64,000 bases of DNA from the human T2T-CHM13v2.0 reference genome, Homo sapiens: the NCBI RefSeq assembly GCF_009914755.1, contig NC_060937.1, one strand, 5' to 3'. Positions 11,179 through 22,457 of this stretch are shown piece after piece (within the stretch, counting starts at the first letter, position 1; each line of letters begins with the position of its first letter). The position numbers were made by a program, and so were the translations under genes. The notes under the pieces were generated by a model. It was not told where the DNA came from. It did not search any database and worked only from the letters and a program-made list of their open reading frames with translations.

Positions 11179-13648
11179 TGAAATTGTTTGGATCTGTGTC
11201 CCTGCCCAAATCTCATGTTCAATTATAATTCCCAGTGTTGGAGCTGGGGCCTGGTGGAAAGTGGTTGGATCATGGGAGCAGTTTCTCATGAATGGTTTAG
11301 CACCATCTTCTTGGTGCTGTTCTCATGATAGTGAGTGAGTTCTTATCATATCTGGTTGTTTAAAAGTGTGTGGCACACACACCTTCTTGCTACTGCTCCC
11401 ACCATGTGAATTGCCTCACCCCCCTTTTGTCTTCTGCCATGATTGTAAGTCCCTGAGGCCTCCCAAGAAGCTGATGCCATCTTGCCTCCTGTACAGCCAA
11501 CAGAATGATGAACCAATTGAACATTTTGTTTCTTTATAAAGTACCAAATCTTAGGTATTTCTTTACAGCAACAGAGAATGGACTAACACCAAAAATTGGT
11601 ACCAGGAGTGGGGCATTGCCTTAAAGATACCTGAAAATGTGGATGCAACTTTGGAACTGGATAATGTGCACAGGTTGGAAGAGTGTGGAGGGTGCAGAAG
11701 TAGATAGCAAGATGAGGGAAAATTGGAAACTTCCTAGAGACTTGTTTAATTGTTGTAACCAAAATGCTGACAGTGATATGGACAGTGAAGTGCAGGCTGA
11801 GGAGGTCTCAGATGGAAATGAGGAACTTATTGGGAACTGGGGAAAAGGTCACTTTTGTTATACCTTAGCAAAGACCTTTGTAGAACTGTGTCCCTGCTCT
11901 AGGGATAGGTGGAGTTTTGAACTTGAGAGTGATGATTTAGGATATCTGGTGGAATAAATTTCTAAGTGGAAAAGCATTCAGGATGTGACCTGGCAGCTTG
12001 TAACAACCTATGCAAGAGTAAAGAATTGACCCTGCAACTGGAACTTATATTTAAAAAGGAAGCAGAGCATAAAAATTTGGAAAATTTGCAACATAGCCAT
12101 GTGGTAGAAAAGAAAAGCTAATTTTCAGGAAGAAATTCAAGTAGGCTGCAGATATTTTCATAAAGTAAAAGGTTCTAATAGCCAAGACAATGGGAAAAAA
12201 GCCTTGAAGGCTTTTTTTTTTTTTTTTCCCCAAGACCGTCACAGCAGCCTTTTTATCACAGGCCCAGAGTCCTAGGAGGACAGAATGGTTTCTGCCCCAC
12301 TGCCCTGCACAGCTTTGGGACACTGCTCCCTGCATCCCAGTTGCTACAGCTCCAGCCATGGCTTAAAAGGGCCTAGATACAACTCTGATTACTGCTTCAG
12401 AGGGTGCAAGCCATAACCCTTGGTGGCTTACACATAGTGTGTAGAATGCAAGAGCTGTGGCTTGGGAGCCTCTGTCTGCATTTTAGAGGATGTATGGAAA
12501 AGCCTAGATGTCCAGGCAGAAGTCTGCTGCAGGGACAGAGCTCTCATGAAGAGCTTCTACTATGGCAGTGCAGAGGGGAAATGCAGGGTTAGAACCCCAA
12601 AACAGAGTCTACAGAGTCTACACTGGATCACTCTAGTGGAGCTGTGAGAATAGGGCCACCATCCTCTAGATATTAGAATGGTGGATCCATCAGCAGATTG
12701 CTCTCTGTGCCTAGAAAAGCCACAGACACTCAACATCAGCCCTTTAGAGTAGATGCAGGGACTGAACTCTGAAAACCACAGGAATGGAACTGCCCAAGGC
12801 CTTGGGAGCCCACCCATGACATCTGTTTGCCTTGAATGTGAGACATAGAATAAAAGGAAATTATTTCAGAGTTTTAAAATTTAATGTCTTCCCTTTTGGG
12901 TCTCAGATTTGTGTGGGAACTATAACCCCTTTCTTTTGTCCAATTTTTCCTTGTGGGAGGCAGTTATGCTCACCACTATACCACCAATGCAAACTTCTCC
13001 CTTTTGGAATGGAAATATTTATCCAATGCCTGTACCTCCATTGTATCTTGGAAGTAACTAACTTTTTTTGTCTTTATAGGATCATAGGTGGAAGTACAAG
13101 CCTTGTCTCAGAATAGACTTTGACTTTTGAGTTAATCCTGGAAGGAGTTAAGACTTTTGGTACTGTTGGGAAGGCATGATTGTATTTTGAAATGTGATAA
13201 AGACATGAGATTTGAAAGGAGTTACAGGCAGAATAATATGGTTTAGATCTGTGTTTCCACCCAAATCTCCTGTTGAGTTGTAATCCCTAATATTGAAGCT
13301 GGGGCCTGGTGAGAGGTGATTTAATCATGGGGGAGGTTTCTCATGAGTGGTTTAGCACCATCCACTTGGTGCTGTTCTTGTGCTAGTGAGTGAGTCTCAT
13401 GAGATCTTGTTATTTAAAAGTGTGTGGCACTCCTCCCTCTTTCTCTTGCTCCTGCTCCTGCCATGTGAGATACTTCACTCCCCTTTGCCTTTTGTCAGGA
13501 TTGTAAATTCCCTGAGGCCTCCCCAGAAGCTGACACTCTCATGCGTCCTGTACAGTCTGCAGAACCATGGGCCAATTAAATCTCTTTTCTTTATAAATTA
13601 CCCAGTCTCAGGTATTTCTTTATAGCAATGTGAGAACAGACTAACACA
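11179..13648 (+). mobile_element. Complete MSTA-type MaLR provirus (LTR 11179-11589, internal 11590-13233, LTR 13234-13648)
   Basis: Two similar LTRs (GTTTGGATCTGTGTCCCTGCCCAAATCTC...GACTAACAC); internal starts AAATTGGTACCAGGAGTGGGGC; MaLR ORF remnant at 11637-11957; perfect TSD TACAT (11174-11178, 13649-13653). Confidence 0.93.
12954..12990 (-). pseudogene. Tailless retrocopy of tRNA-Gly(TCC) 5' half
   Basis: Minus strand GCATTGGTGGTATAGTGGTGAGCATAACTGCCTCCCA matches recalled tRNA-Gly-TCC nt 1-37 at 34/37; it ends at the anticodon loop and has an imperfect flanking duplication. Confidence 0.85.
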
Positions 13649-13653
13649 TACAT

Positions 13654-14150
13654 ATTTTGGTATAAGGAGTGGGAGGCCACTCAAATAAATGTCTAAAAAT
13701 ATAAGGCTTTGTTTTAGAACTGAGCAGTGAGCTGAGTGATTGCATCACAGTATTGTAACTTTCATTTTACTTGCAGAATTTGTCTTTTGTTTTTTTTTCC
13801 CTTGTAAGCTTTGATGAACTAAGCCATCATATGCAGAGTTACACAATGCAAGCAATTAAGGGTGGCATCTTGCTGAAAGATAGCAAGGAGCTAAGGCCCT
13901 CAGTCTGACAGCCCACCAGTAACTGAATCACACCAATACCCATGTGAAATAGGAAGCAGATTCTTCCCCAGTTGAACCTGAAATCAAATCTGAGTCCTGG
14001 ACAGCATAGCAATAGAAGCATTGTAAGAGATCCTAAAGGTAAGCTGTGCCTGTTTTTTCTGTTCCACAGAAACTTTGAGATAATAAATGTATGTTGTTTT
14101 AAGAAATTAAGTTTATAATGATATGTTTCACAGCAATAATAACTAATACA
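13654..14150 (+). mobile_element. MLT1 internal stub (13654-13735) plus partial 3' MLT1F-like LTR
   Basis: ATTTTGGTATAAGGAGTGGGAGG...AGAACTGAGCAGTG (MLT-int start); LTR motifs GAAGCAGATTCTTCCCCAGTTGAACC and CACAGAAACTTTGAGATAATAAATG, ending AACTAATACA. Confidence 0.72.
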
Positions 14151-14195
14151 AAATCTGAAAGATACTCCTTGATTTTTTTTGTTGGGGGGCAATAT

Positions 14196-14738
14196 TTTTA
14201 TTTACTTATTTTTTTCTTTCCAATTCTTACTTTAGGATCAAGGGGTACATGTACAGGTTTGTTACATGTCTAAATCGCATGTCAATGTGGGAGTTTGGTG
14301 TACAGCTAATTTTGTCACCCCAGCAATCAGCATAATATCTGATAGGAAGTTTTTCAATCCTCACCATTCTCCCAATTTTCACCCTCAAATGGGCCCCAGT
14401 GTCTATTATTTCCATCTTAGTTTCCATGTGTACTCAATGTTTAGCTCCCACTTATAAGTGTGAACATGCATATTTGGTTTTCTGTTCCTATAATAATACA
14501 TTTAGGATTATGGCCTCCAGCTCCATCCATGTTGCTGCAAAGTCTAAGATCTCATTTTTTTTTATAGCTGTGTAGTGTTTCATGGTGTATATGTACCACA
14601 TTTTCTTTACCCAGTCCACCGATGATGGGCATCTAGGTTGATTTCATGTCTTTGCTCTTGTGAATAGCACTGTGATAAACATATGCATGCATTTGTCTTT
14701 ATGATAGAACAATTTATATTCCTTTGGGTATATAACTA
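14196..14738 (-). mobile_element. L1PA16-like 3' end
   Basis: AGGGGTACATGTACAGGTTTGTTACATG...TTTAGCTCCCACTTATAAGTG...CCTTTGGGTATATA. Confidence 0.88.
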
Positions 14739-14744
14739 GAAATG

Positions 14745-15590
14745 ATTCATTGATTTTAATTGCTCCCCAAACTTGCTTCTTCCTAAGTATTCTATCTCTT
14801 GTTAATTGGCAACTCAATCCACTTGTTTGTTCCATAAGAATTTGGTGTAATCCTTGAATTTTCTCTACATATCACATCACAAAATGCTAGTAACTCCTAT
14901 AAGGTAGAGTAAATAAATATTTTTAATACTACCATGGATATGAGGCTACTCTGAAGAACCAACATCTCACTTCTAAATCACTGCAATGGCTTTATAACAT
15001 ATCTCTATAGTCATATGCCTAGTCTCCTTAAGCTGATCCTCTGCAATATCAAAATGACACTTTCACAGTATAAATCAGATTATATCTCAACACTCCAACA
15101 ATGTTTTATACACAAACTGAACTCCTAACCACAGTCTGCGAGGCTTTCATATCAGGTCCTTCATTTCCTCTCCCTGTCTTTCTCTCACTCACTCTGATTA
15201 AATTGGACTGTAATTTCTGTTGCTTCATCTTATAATGATCCTGCCTCAAGTCTTGGCATCCACTCCTCTTATTGGGGAAACTCTTCCTCCAGATCTTTGT
15301 GAGGTTTGTTCTTTTTATTTTAGGACCTGCAAAAATATTCATGCCCTCAGAGAAGTCTTTACTGGCCACCTTATCTAAAACAGCTTTATAGTATCCATAA
15401 CTACCCATTTTCTTACTGGCATCTATACTACTTAGTTATTAGCCATCATTTCCTTAATTTTTTCTTCCACCCCATTAAAGGAAAAAAGCCACTAACTTTC
15501 TTGTTTTAGTCACTGTTTATTAATAACCTCTGGAAATATAACTGTCATAGAGTAGATGCTCACTAAATATTGTCTAGTGGTGCATGATTA
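14745..15590 (+). mobile_element. L2 LINE, 3' part
   Basis: CCCCAAACTTGCTTCTTCC, CTCAGAGAAGTCTTTACTGGCCACCTTATCTAAAA and terminal TAGATGCTCACTAAATATTG. Confidence 0.72.
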
Positions 15591-16119
15591 ATCAACCATA
15601 TATAATTATAATTATAAAATTATGTCTAATTTGCTTCAACTATAGCACCGTCATTGACTGAGATTCGGGTGAATATTGGCTAAAGTGATTATGCTCATAT
15701 AATCGCTATTCTAATGTTCATCTTTTTGATAGTCTCACTTTTAATTTTAGGTTTAATGTCTTACTTCCTGTTTGATTTATTAAGTTAAATAATCTTGAAA
15801 ATTCCTATGTACTTTGTCTCCCAATAATAATATGCTCCATCATTATTGCTTCTTTTGAGTTATCTTGTAAGTGGCATTACACATGTGCCTTTAGTTTACA
15901 TTCTGTTCTTTGCCCATTTTCTTTTATAGTTTAAATTTACTGTTACAGTTTTCTAAAAACTGGCTTCTATCTAAGCTCTTGTGACCAACGATTATTTTGT
16001 GATTTAGGGCTCACTGGTCTTCACAGACTTCAAGTTCACCCAAAATAGGACTGTCTGTTTAAGCATTAATTTTGAGCTGAAAAGTGCCTAGAGCTTGATG
16101 CCCCAGATAGAAAAATTTT

Positions 16120-16204
16120 GTGTATATATATATACATATATATATATACACACACTCATACACACACACACATATATATATATACATACCCACATATATA
16201 TATA
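16120..16204. repeat. Compound (TA)n/(CA)n microsatellite
   Basis: Directly visible. Confidence 0.9.
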
Positions 16205-16469
16205 AATGGCATGATGACATGATATAAAAAGTTGATTTTTAATTTAAATTATGTTATATATAATATAGAAGATAAATTATAATATTAAACTTTATATACT
16301 GTATTTTAATTAAAACACATCTTTAAACAAGAAATATTTTTGAATCTAACTCAAATGTTTTCATGTTTTAAATCATATAAATATTTCTTACATATTATTT
16401 TATTTGAGAAAAAACTATATCCCCACATAACTTTTGATATTATGTCAACTGAAGCAAGTACTCTAAATA

Positions 16470-16580
16470 TCTGAGCTCCTTGAGGAAAATGTTTGTATCT
16501 GTACTGTTTATTGTTGTGTGCCCAAAAATTCATATAGTGTCACACACTTAGTAGAAATTCAACTAATTCTTGCTTAATAG
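16470..16580 (+). mobile_element. L2 3' terminal fragment
   Basis: TGAGCTCCTTGAGG...CACTTAGTAGAAATTCAACTAATTCTTG. Confidence 0.5.
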
Positions 16581-16739
16581 TCAAACGAATTAATAAACTG
16601 GACCTCAAACCATGCAAAACTTGAAGCGTGCATAGGTTAAACATTTGGTTAAGATTGGAGTTTATATGGATATATATATCAGTTACATATTAATCTCACT
16701 GATTAAAGAGTTTACATGCCTTTCTATTCTAGTACGTAA

Positions 16740-17181
16740 AGGCCTGAATTTCAACCCACAGAAACTGCATCTACTTGCATGAGGACATTCTTTGATTTCC
16801 AGAGACCTCTTCCCCATTTCTAAATCTGGTTAGGTTTCCCAAATTATTGAAACCTTCAGCAGAATTCCTCTAACAATGACTTATAGGAGTTACTGTGTAC
16901 ATATCTGAATCACACAAAACTTATATGGAATAATTCTCTAGTATGTTTTTTTCATTTGCTCCCAGAGCCTTCCATTAGTATTAAGCTTAGTTACCCACAA
17001 TGGTCACTTGCTTAATAATGCATCTTGTATTGTACCATTTGCTTTTATTGTACCCTTTTCTTTCCTACTTCCTATACCCATAAATACCCAAAATGGTGAT
17101 TCTTGGGATCACCCCCCAAATAAGTTATATTCATTTCAGTCATTTTCTCAAGTTGGCTTCTGGAAATACCTAATGAAGACA
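16740..17181 (+). mobile_element. ERVL LTR16-family LTR
   Basis: 3' end TTCTTGGGATCACCCCCCAAATAAG...TCTCAAGTTGGCTTCTGGAAATACCTAATGAAGACA. Confidence 0.65.
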
Positions 17182-17182
17182 G

Positions 17183-17184
<2 letters not shown>

Positions 17185-17216
<32 letters not shown>

Positions 17217-17248
17217 CAACCCCCTCACACACACATACACACACACAC
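17185..17248. repeat. (CT)n then (CA)n microsatellite
   Basis: Directly visible. Confidence 0.9.
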
Positions 17249-17346
17249 GTTCAAATACAAAACAAATACTCCTGTTGTAAATATCTAAACAGTATATAAG
17301 GTTACCTAAGTGTTTATGTGGAAGCTGGATAGCCTAATGCATAGGC

Positions 17347-18070
17347 TGTCCCAATTATAAATTGATGGCTTACCTGTTCTAAATGTACACTTAAATGCCC
17401 TTCTTTGTAACATTGGAGCTCTATCTGGTAAACATCTCTTTTTGACAGCTCAACAAGTATTAGACTTTGTCAGGAGAGAGTGTTCAAAGGATAACTGAGA
17501 AAGGAAGGAGCCCCTCTCCTCTTCTATGTGAAGCACTTACACATATATACTCTTGCTTATAGGATATGGCTACCAGGAGAAAGCTTGCTTGTTGGTGGGA
17601 AGATTCCTTGTCAGTTGTCTGAAGGAGACCCAGTAATGAATGCCCTTTGGTAAGTTTCTCCAGCACATAGTTAGAGAGCTTCTTGGTGAATTTTACTTTA
17701 CTGCAGAGGGTAATTCTTACCAAGTTTTCTAGCACGGCAGTGGACAGCTTCTAACTGAGTTTCACCAATAGCTCAGTGACAGATTTCCTTCCTGACAGTC
17801 CTAACCTACAACACCTTAGCATATCGCCCTGCCATTAAGTAAACAGCAGCCTCACCCTCTTGCATGAGCTCTTGGCCTCAGTCTCAAGGGTTGGGATGTG
17901 AAGAACTGTCCTCTAATGGGCTGCTTCCTACATGTGCTCTTCTTGTATTCTTTAATGTTCTCTTTACTCAAATGATTAGTGAATCTCTGATTACCAATTA
18001 TTTTATATTAAAATTTTCCTATTCAGAAAAAGCGTGATTTTGGTTCCTTTAATGTACACTTACTAATATA
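17347..18070 (+). mobile_element. ERVL LTR (LTR33/LTR41-like)
   Basis: Starts TGTC...; ends TTTTATATTAAAATTTTCCTATTCA...CTTACTAATATA, as in this LTR group. Confidence 0.55.
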
Positions 18071-18797
18071 TCTACTAATTATGGCTTGTTAAAATATTGT
18101 TATGTCATTTCTAAATGATACTTTGTTGAGAAGACAGGAAGGAAATACCTTTCCTTAAATTTCAAAGGTGTTTTTGGCCTCCAAAAAGTTTGAAAATTAC
18201 TAGTTATCCATAAGAAAAAAAGTATGCCCAAAACTAAGAAGGAATCAGAGCAAATTGGACTAAAATTGGAATATCTATCTCGAGCTGAGAGATACAACAA
18301 TAAGTTTTCTGATTGTACAGATGCTTAAGATCGAAATAGTAAAAGATGAACACCCAGAAATTAAGTGAACACTCATAGACAGTGAGACTGACAGTGTGAT
18401 CTGAGGTTATATTTTAATATAATGGCTTTCTAGTCGGAAACCTACAGATTGGTCTTTTGTTGTCAAGAATAGTATAGCATAATGCAATAGCACTCTAATT
18501 ATCCCTTTTCTGGATTATTTGCATCATATTTTTGAAATTGAAGAATATTTAAGAAAAATAATGTTACATGATAGCTATTCAAATGATGACGATAATACAT
18601 CAAACATTTATGACATGAAAAAATTACTGCAACTTAAAAAACAATTCAGTATTTACACAACTGGCAAAATGATTTTGTGTCCTAAGAAATTCTGTGCATT
18701 AGAAAACCCACAATTGACAGCAACACCTTTAGTGTAATTGCAATGACTCATAATGATGGCATAAAACTTCATCAGTAAAGCATAACAAATTTTTATT

Positions 18798-18932
18798 TCT
18801 ATATATATAGAAACTTTCCAGTAAAACACATATATTTACACACACATATATATATAAACACATCCTCTCAACATATGTATATATGTATATACATATATAC
18901 ATATTTATACATATATATGCACATATATAAGG

Positions 18933-18964
<32 letters not shown>

Positions 18965-19028
18965 ACTATGTACATGACCGGGATATGTATATGTATACAT
19001 ATGTGTGTGTATATATATATGTGTGTAT
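18798..19028. repeat. (TA)n/(TATG)n low-complexity tract
   Basis: Directly visible. Confidence 0.9.
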
Positions 19029-20442
19029 TTTTCCAGGAAAGTTTCACAAATATTGTATGAATGAAGTGCCTACTCTTGTCTATAGGTATTATTCTGTGAA
19101 AGAAGTTTAAGTCATTATGATGTATAATTTTACATATAAAATTATAATATTGATAACCATTTTTTGCCTAAAACTATATATTTAGTTTGGTATTATATAA
19201 ATCTTGGCAATTATGCATAAAAGGATAGAATAAACCAAAAGAAAAACAAGGCAACTATATTTGTGCATAGAATTATTATTTTATACTTTTCTTTAAAAGT
19301 ATTAGCTCTGAAGTCAATCTCAAGGCTGTTGGAAATGTAAAAAAGTAACTTTTCTGTAATTATAACTTCAGATTGATAGATGAATATCCATACAGATACA
19401 ATATATTTCAGAGTTATCAGGAATGATCAATAAATTATGTATGTGTATAATTATGTATATATTTTTTTCTTTTGAAAATGGTAGTAATACAACTGCTACA
19501 CAATTATACTACCGATCTTTTCACTAATTCCTAACAGATTTGCCTTAGTCTTGCGTTTAATATGCTCTCAGATCATCAGTATTATTATTTAAATTTGCTA
19601 CTACTGTCTAATAAAAATTACTAAGGAATAAAATATAGAAACTTGCTTCAGAAATGATTAAGACATGTTCAACATTGATTATTTAATAAAGTATATTTTA
19701 AATAATAAACATGGTATATCATTTTAAGAATGTTAACTGAAAATACATGTTTACCTCCCCCAAATCTTTGTGAATAATAATTGAAAAATCTATAATAGTA
19801 TGGAGATGGAGTGCATGTTTGTGTGTTGTGAGGATAATGGTAAAAGAAGTATAAATATTTACATATTTTGGAGAATTTCTCAAAGCACAAAACACACTGG
19901 TTCGCACATTGGAAGCCACAGCCTGAAACATATTCCAGAGGAGACAGAAGCCAAGATGATTGTTTGTCCCTATGCTCAAAAGAGGTAGAGAAGGACAGTT
20001 GCTTGTGCAAGGAAAAAAAATCATGGTAGGTAATTCACAGGCTGTCTAGAGGAAAAACAGTTCTGCTTTTTATTTTCATCTGAATCTTCTATTATCATCA
20101 CAGATAAATTTTGTATTCAGAACAAAACACAAAGGAATTATCTGAAAAAATTAAAAAGCTACCTTAGGAAATATGGAATCCTTATGTAGGCAATTATTTA
20201 TTACTGGAAACATCTCTTCAATCTGCCTCAGAAGTGAGAGGGAAAAAAAAGTCTGCTGTGGGCTCCACGCACATTAAAGTAAATCCAAATACTTGCTTCC
20301 CCTACATGCACAAAATTCTTGGTGAGAAATGCCATCAGAAGACAGATTTGTTCAGAGACATGTGTGTTTAGGCATACAGAATAAAATAAAAACCCCGAGC
20401 AGCCCTCTACATGAATGAGCCTTCTCTTATCTTAATATATGG

Positions 20443-20742
20443 TAGGGGTTGACAAGTTTGGTCCCAGCAGACAAATCCAGCCCAACACCAGTTTTTGTGT
20501 AGCTGGTGAGGTAAGAATACATTTGCAGTTTTAAATAGTTGTAAAAAAATTTAAATACGATTTCACAACATAAAAATATATGAAATTCAAAGCTCAATGT
20601 TCATAAACAGAGCTTTTAATTTTTGTTTTAGGAACATGGAGATATTCCCTGGGTTACATCTATGGTTAATGTCATGTTGCAGTGGCAGAGATGAGAGGCG
20701 AGTAGTTAAGATAGAGGGAGTAGAATTTGCAAGCAGAAATGA
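20443..20742 (+). mobile_element. MER58B-like hAT-Charlie MITE, 3' terminal inverted repeat (TIR) missing
   Basis: TAGGGGTTGACAAGTTTGG...CAAATCCAGCCC...GTTTTTGT...ATATGAAATTCAAA...GGCAGAG...GAGTAGTT. Confidence 0.75.
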
Positions 20743-20796
20743 TATCGATATGGATATAGATGTAGATATAGACTGACAGATCTATAACTATATTGA

Positions 20797-20846
<50 letters not shown>

Positions 20847-20856
20847 ATCTATCTAT
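20797..20856. repeat. (TCTA)n / GATA tetranucleotide STR
   Basis: About 12 perfect ATCT units, then a short imperfect extension. Confidence 0.95.
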
Positions 20857-20859
20857 AAT

Positions 20860-21088
20860 AGCTGGGGCCTATCCCAGCAGTTCAGGGTGCAAGGCAGGAA
20901 TTTCACCCTGGGAACGCCAACCCATGGCAGGGTGCGCTCACAGACACCTACATTCACTCATATTGGCACAATTTACACATGCCAGTTAACCGAATATGCA
21001 CAGTTTTGTGATGTGGGAGGAAACTGGAGTACCTGGGAAAGACTCACACATACATGGGGAGAAACAAGAGCTCACATAAACAGTAGCC
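20860..21088 (-). mobile_element. MER6A internal fragment, inverted relative to the copy at 21883
   Basis: GATGTGGGAGGAAACTGGAGTAC...CATGGGGAGAA is the reverse complement of ~21950-22180. Confidence 0.85.
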
Positions 21089-21624
21089 ACTGTATTTGTG
21101 TAGAGAGTTCTTATTTGATACACAGTTTTCCTCTTCAGGAACTTATTGTTTCATGCTTCATGGCGTGCACTGCTCTTTCCTGTATTTTCAGTCGCTGTTC
21201 TTGGAACAAAATACTATGTTTATTATTTAAAATATATGAAACGATCAATACTGTACATGTCTTAAGCATGTCAGATGACATATCTGACCAAGGGTATTGT
21301 GCAGGTGGGAGAAGCAATTATTTGAGTTTACTTTAATGTGCATGGAGCCCACGGTAGACTTCTTTTATTCCATTTCTGAGAAAAATTAAAGAGCTCTTTC
21401 CAATCATAAATAATCACCTATTATTAGATAAAGAACTCCATATTCCTTAAAGCAGCTTTTGTAATTTTTCAGATAACTGCTTTGTTTTCGTTCTGAATAC
21501 AAAAATTATCTATGCTGAGAATAGGAAATTGAGATGATTGAGATTAAAATTAAAAGCAGATTGAAATGCTGCTTTTTAAAAGTAAAAAGCAGATTGAGAT
21601 GAAAAGAAAAAGCAGAACTCTTTT

Positions 21625-21880
21625 TCCATATATATCTTTTATTTTTATATGTATTTATTATATATATATTTTATCTTATATTTTATATACAAAAGATATA
21701 TATTTTATTTTCATTATATATGTATGTTTTCCATATATGTACATATATATGTTTTGCATAAATGTATGTGTATATGTATATTCCACATATATGCATACGT
21801 TTTTCCATGTCTATGTTTTCCATATACTTATATATGGATAAACAGTTATGTATGTATGTATATAAACCATATATGTATAT
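21625..21880. repeat. TA-rich low-complexity tract
   Basis: Degenerate (TA)/(TATG) repeats. Confidence 0.85.
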
Positions 21881-21882
21881 GT

Positions 21883-22438
21883 CAGGTCTTTGACTAGCAA
21901 CATTTCTTTATAACATTGATGAGAAAAATAAATGATTCCTGATAGGGTCCCCCGTCTATGTGAAGTTCTCACGTTCTCCCCATGTTTGTGTGGGTCTTCT
22001 CCAAGTACTCCAGTTTCCTCCCACATCACGAAGCGGTGCGTATTTGGTTAATCGGCATGTGCAAATTGCCCAGTGTGAGTGAATGTGGGTGTCTGTAAGT
22101 GCATCCTGCCATGGGATGGCGTTCTGCTAGGGGTTAAATTCCTGCCTTGCATCCTTAGCTGCTGGGATCGACTCCAGCCACCCACGAACCTGAAGTGCAA
22201 TAATTGGGTATATCATTATCCTGCTTTTTATTAATTTTCCTTAAATGTACATATAGCTCAAATTCATTTTAATGTTTTATATCAGAAGTGTTTTATCTTT
22301 TTCTGACAGATATATGCGATAGGAACTTGACTCTTGCTGTTATCAATTAGCCTATAGTAAAGTTGGTTTCGTTATGCATCATTTTGCTTGAAGTCACAAT
22401 TTCCAAGAATCTATCCATGGCATTAGGTGAGGACTATG
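21883..22438 (+). mobile_element. MER6A (TcMar-Tigger non-autonomous), near complete
   Basis: CAGGTC...TATAACATTGATGAGAAAAA...CACGTTCTCCCCATG...TTCCAAGAATCTATC...GTGAGGACT. Confidence 0.85.
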
Positions 22439-22457
22439 CTCTGTGTATATATACACA

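Noticed and set aside
11637-11957. 106-aa ORF as a domesticated MaLR protein
   Set aside because: Short remnant of the usual MaLR internal ORF, with stops and frameshifts on both sides.
12954-12990. Functional tRNA gene or retroviral primer-binding site
   Set aside because: Only the 5' half is present (no T-arm or B-box). A primer-binding site complements the tRNA 3' end and sits next to the 5' LTR.
19800-20040. Possible exon in unique sequence
   Set aside because: No convincing splice-site pair or recognisable peptide.
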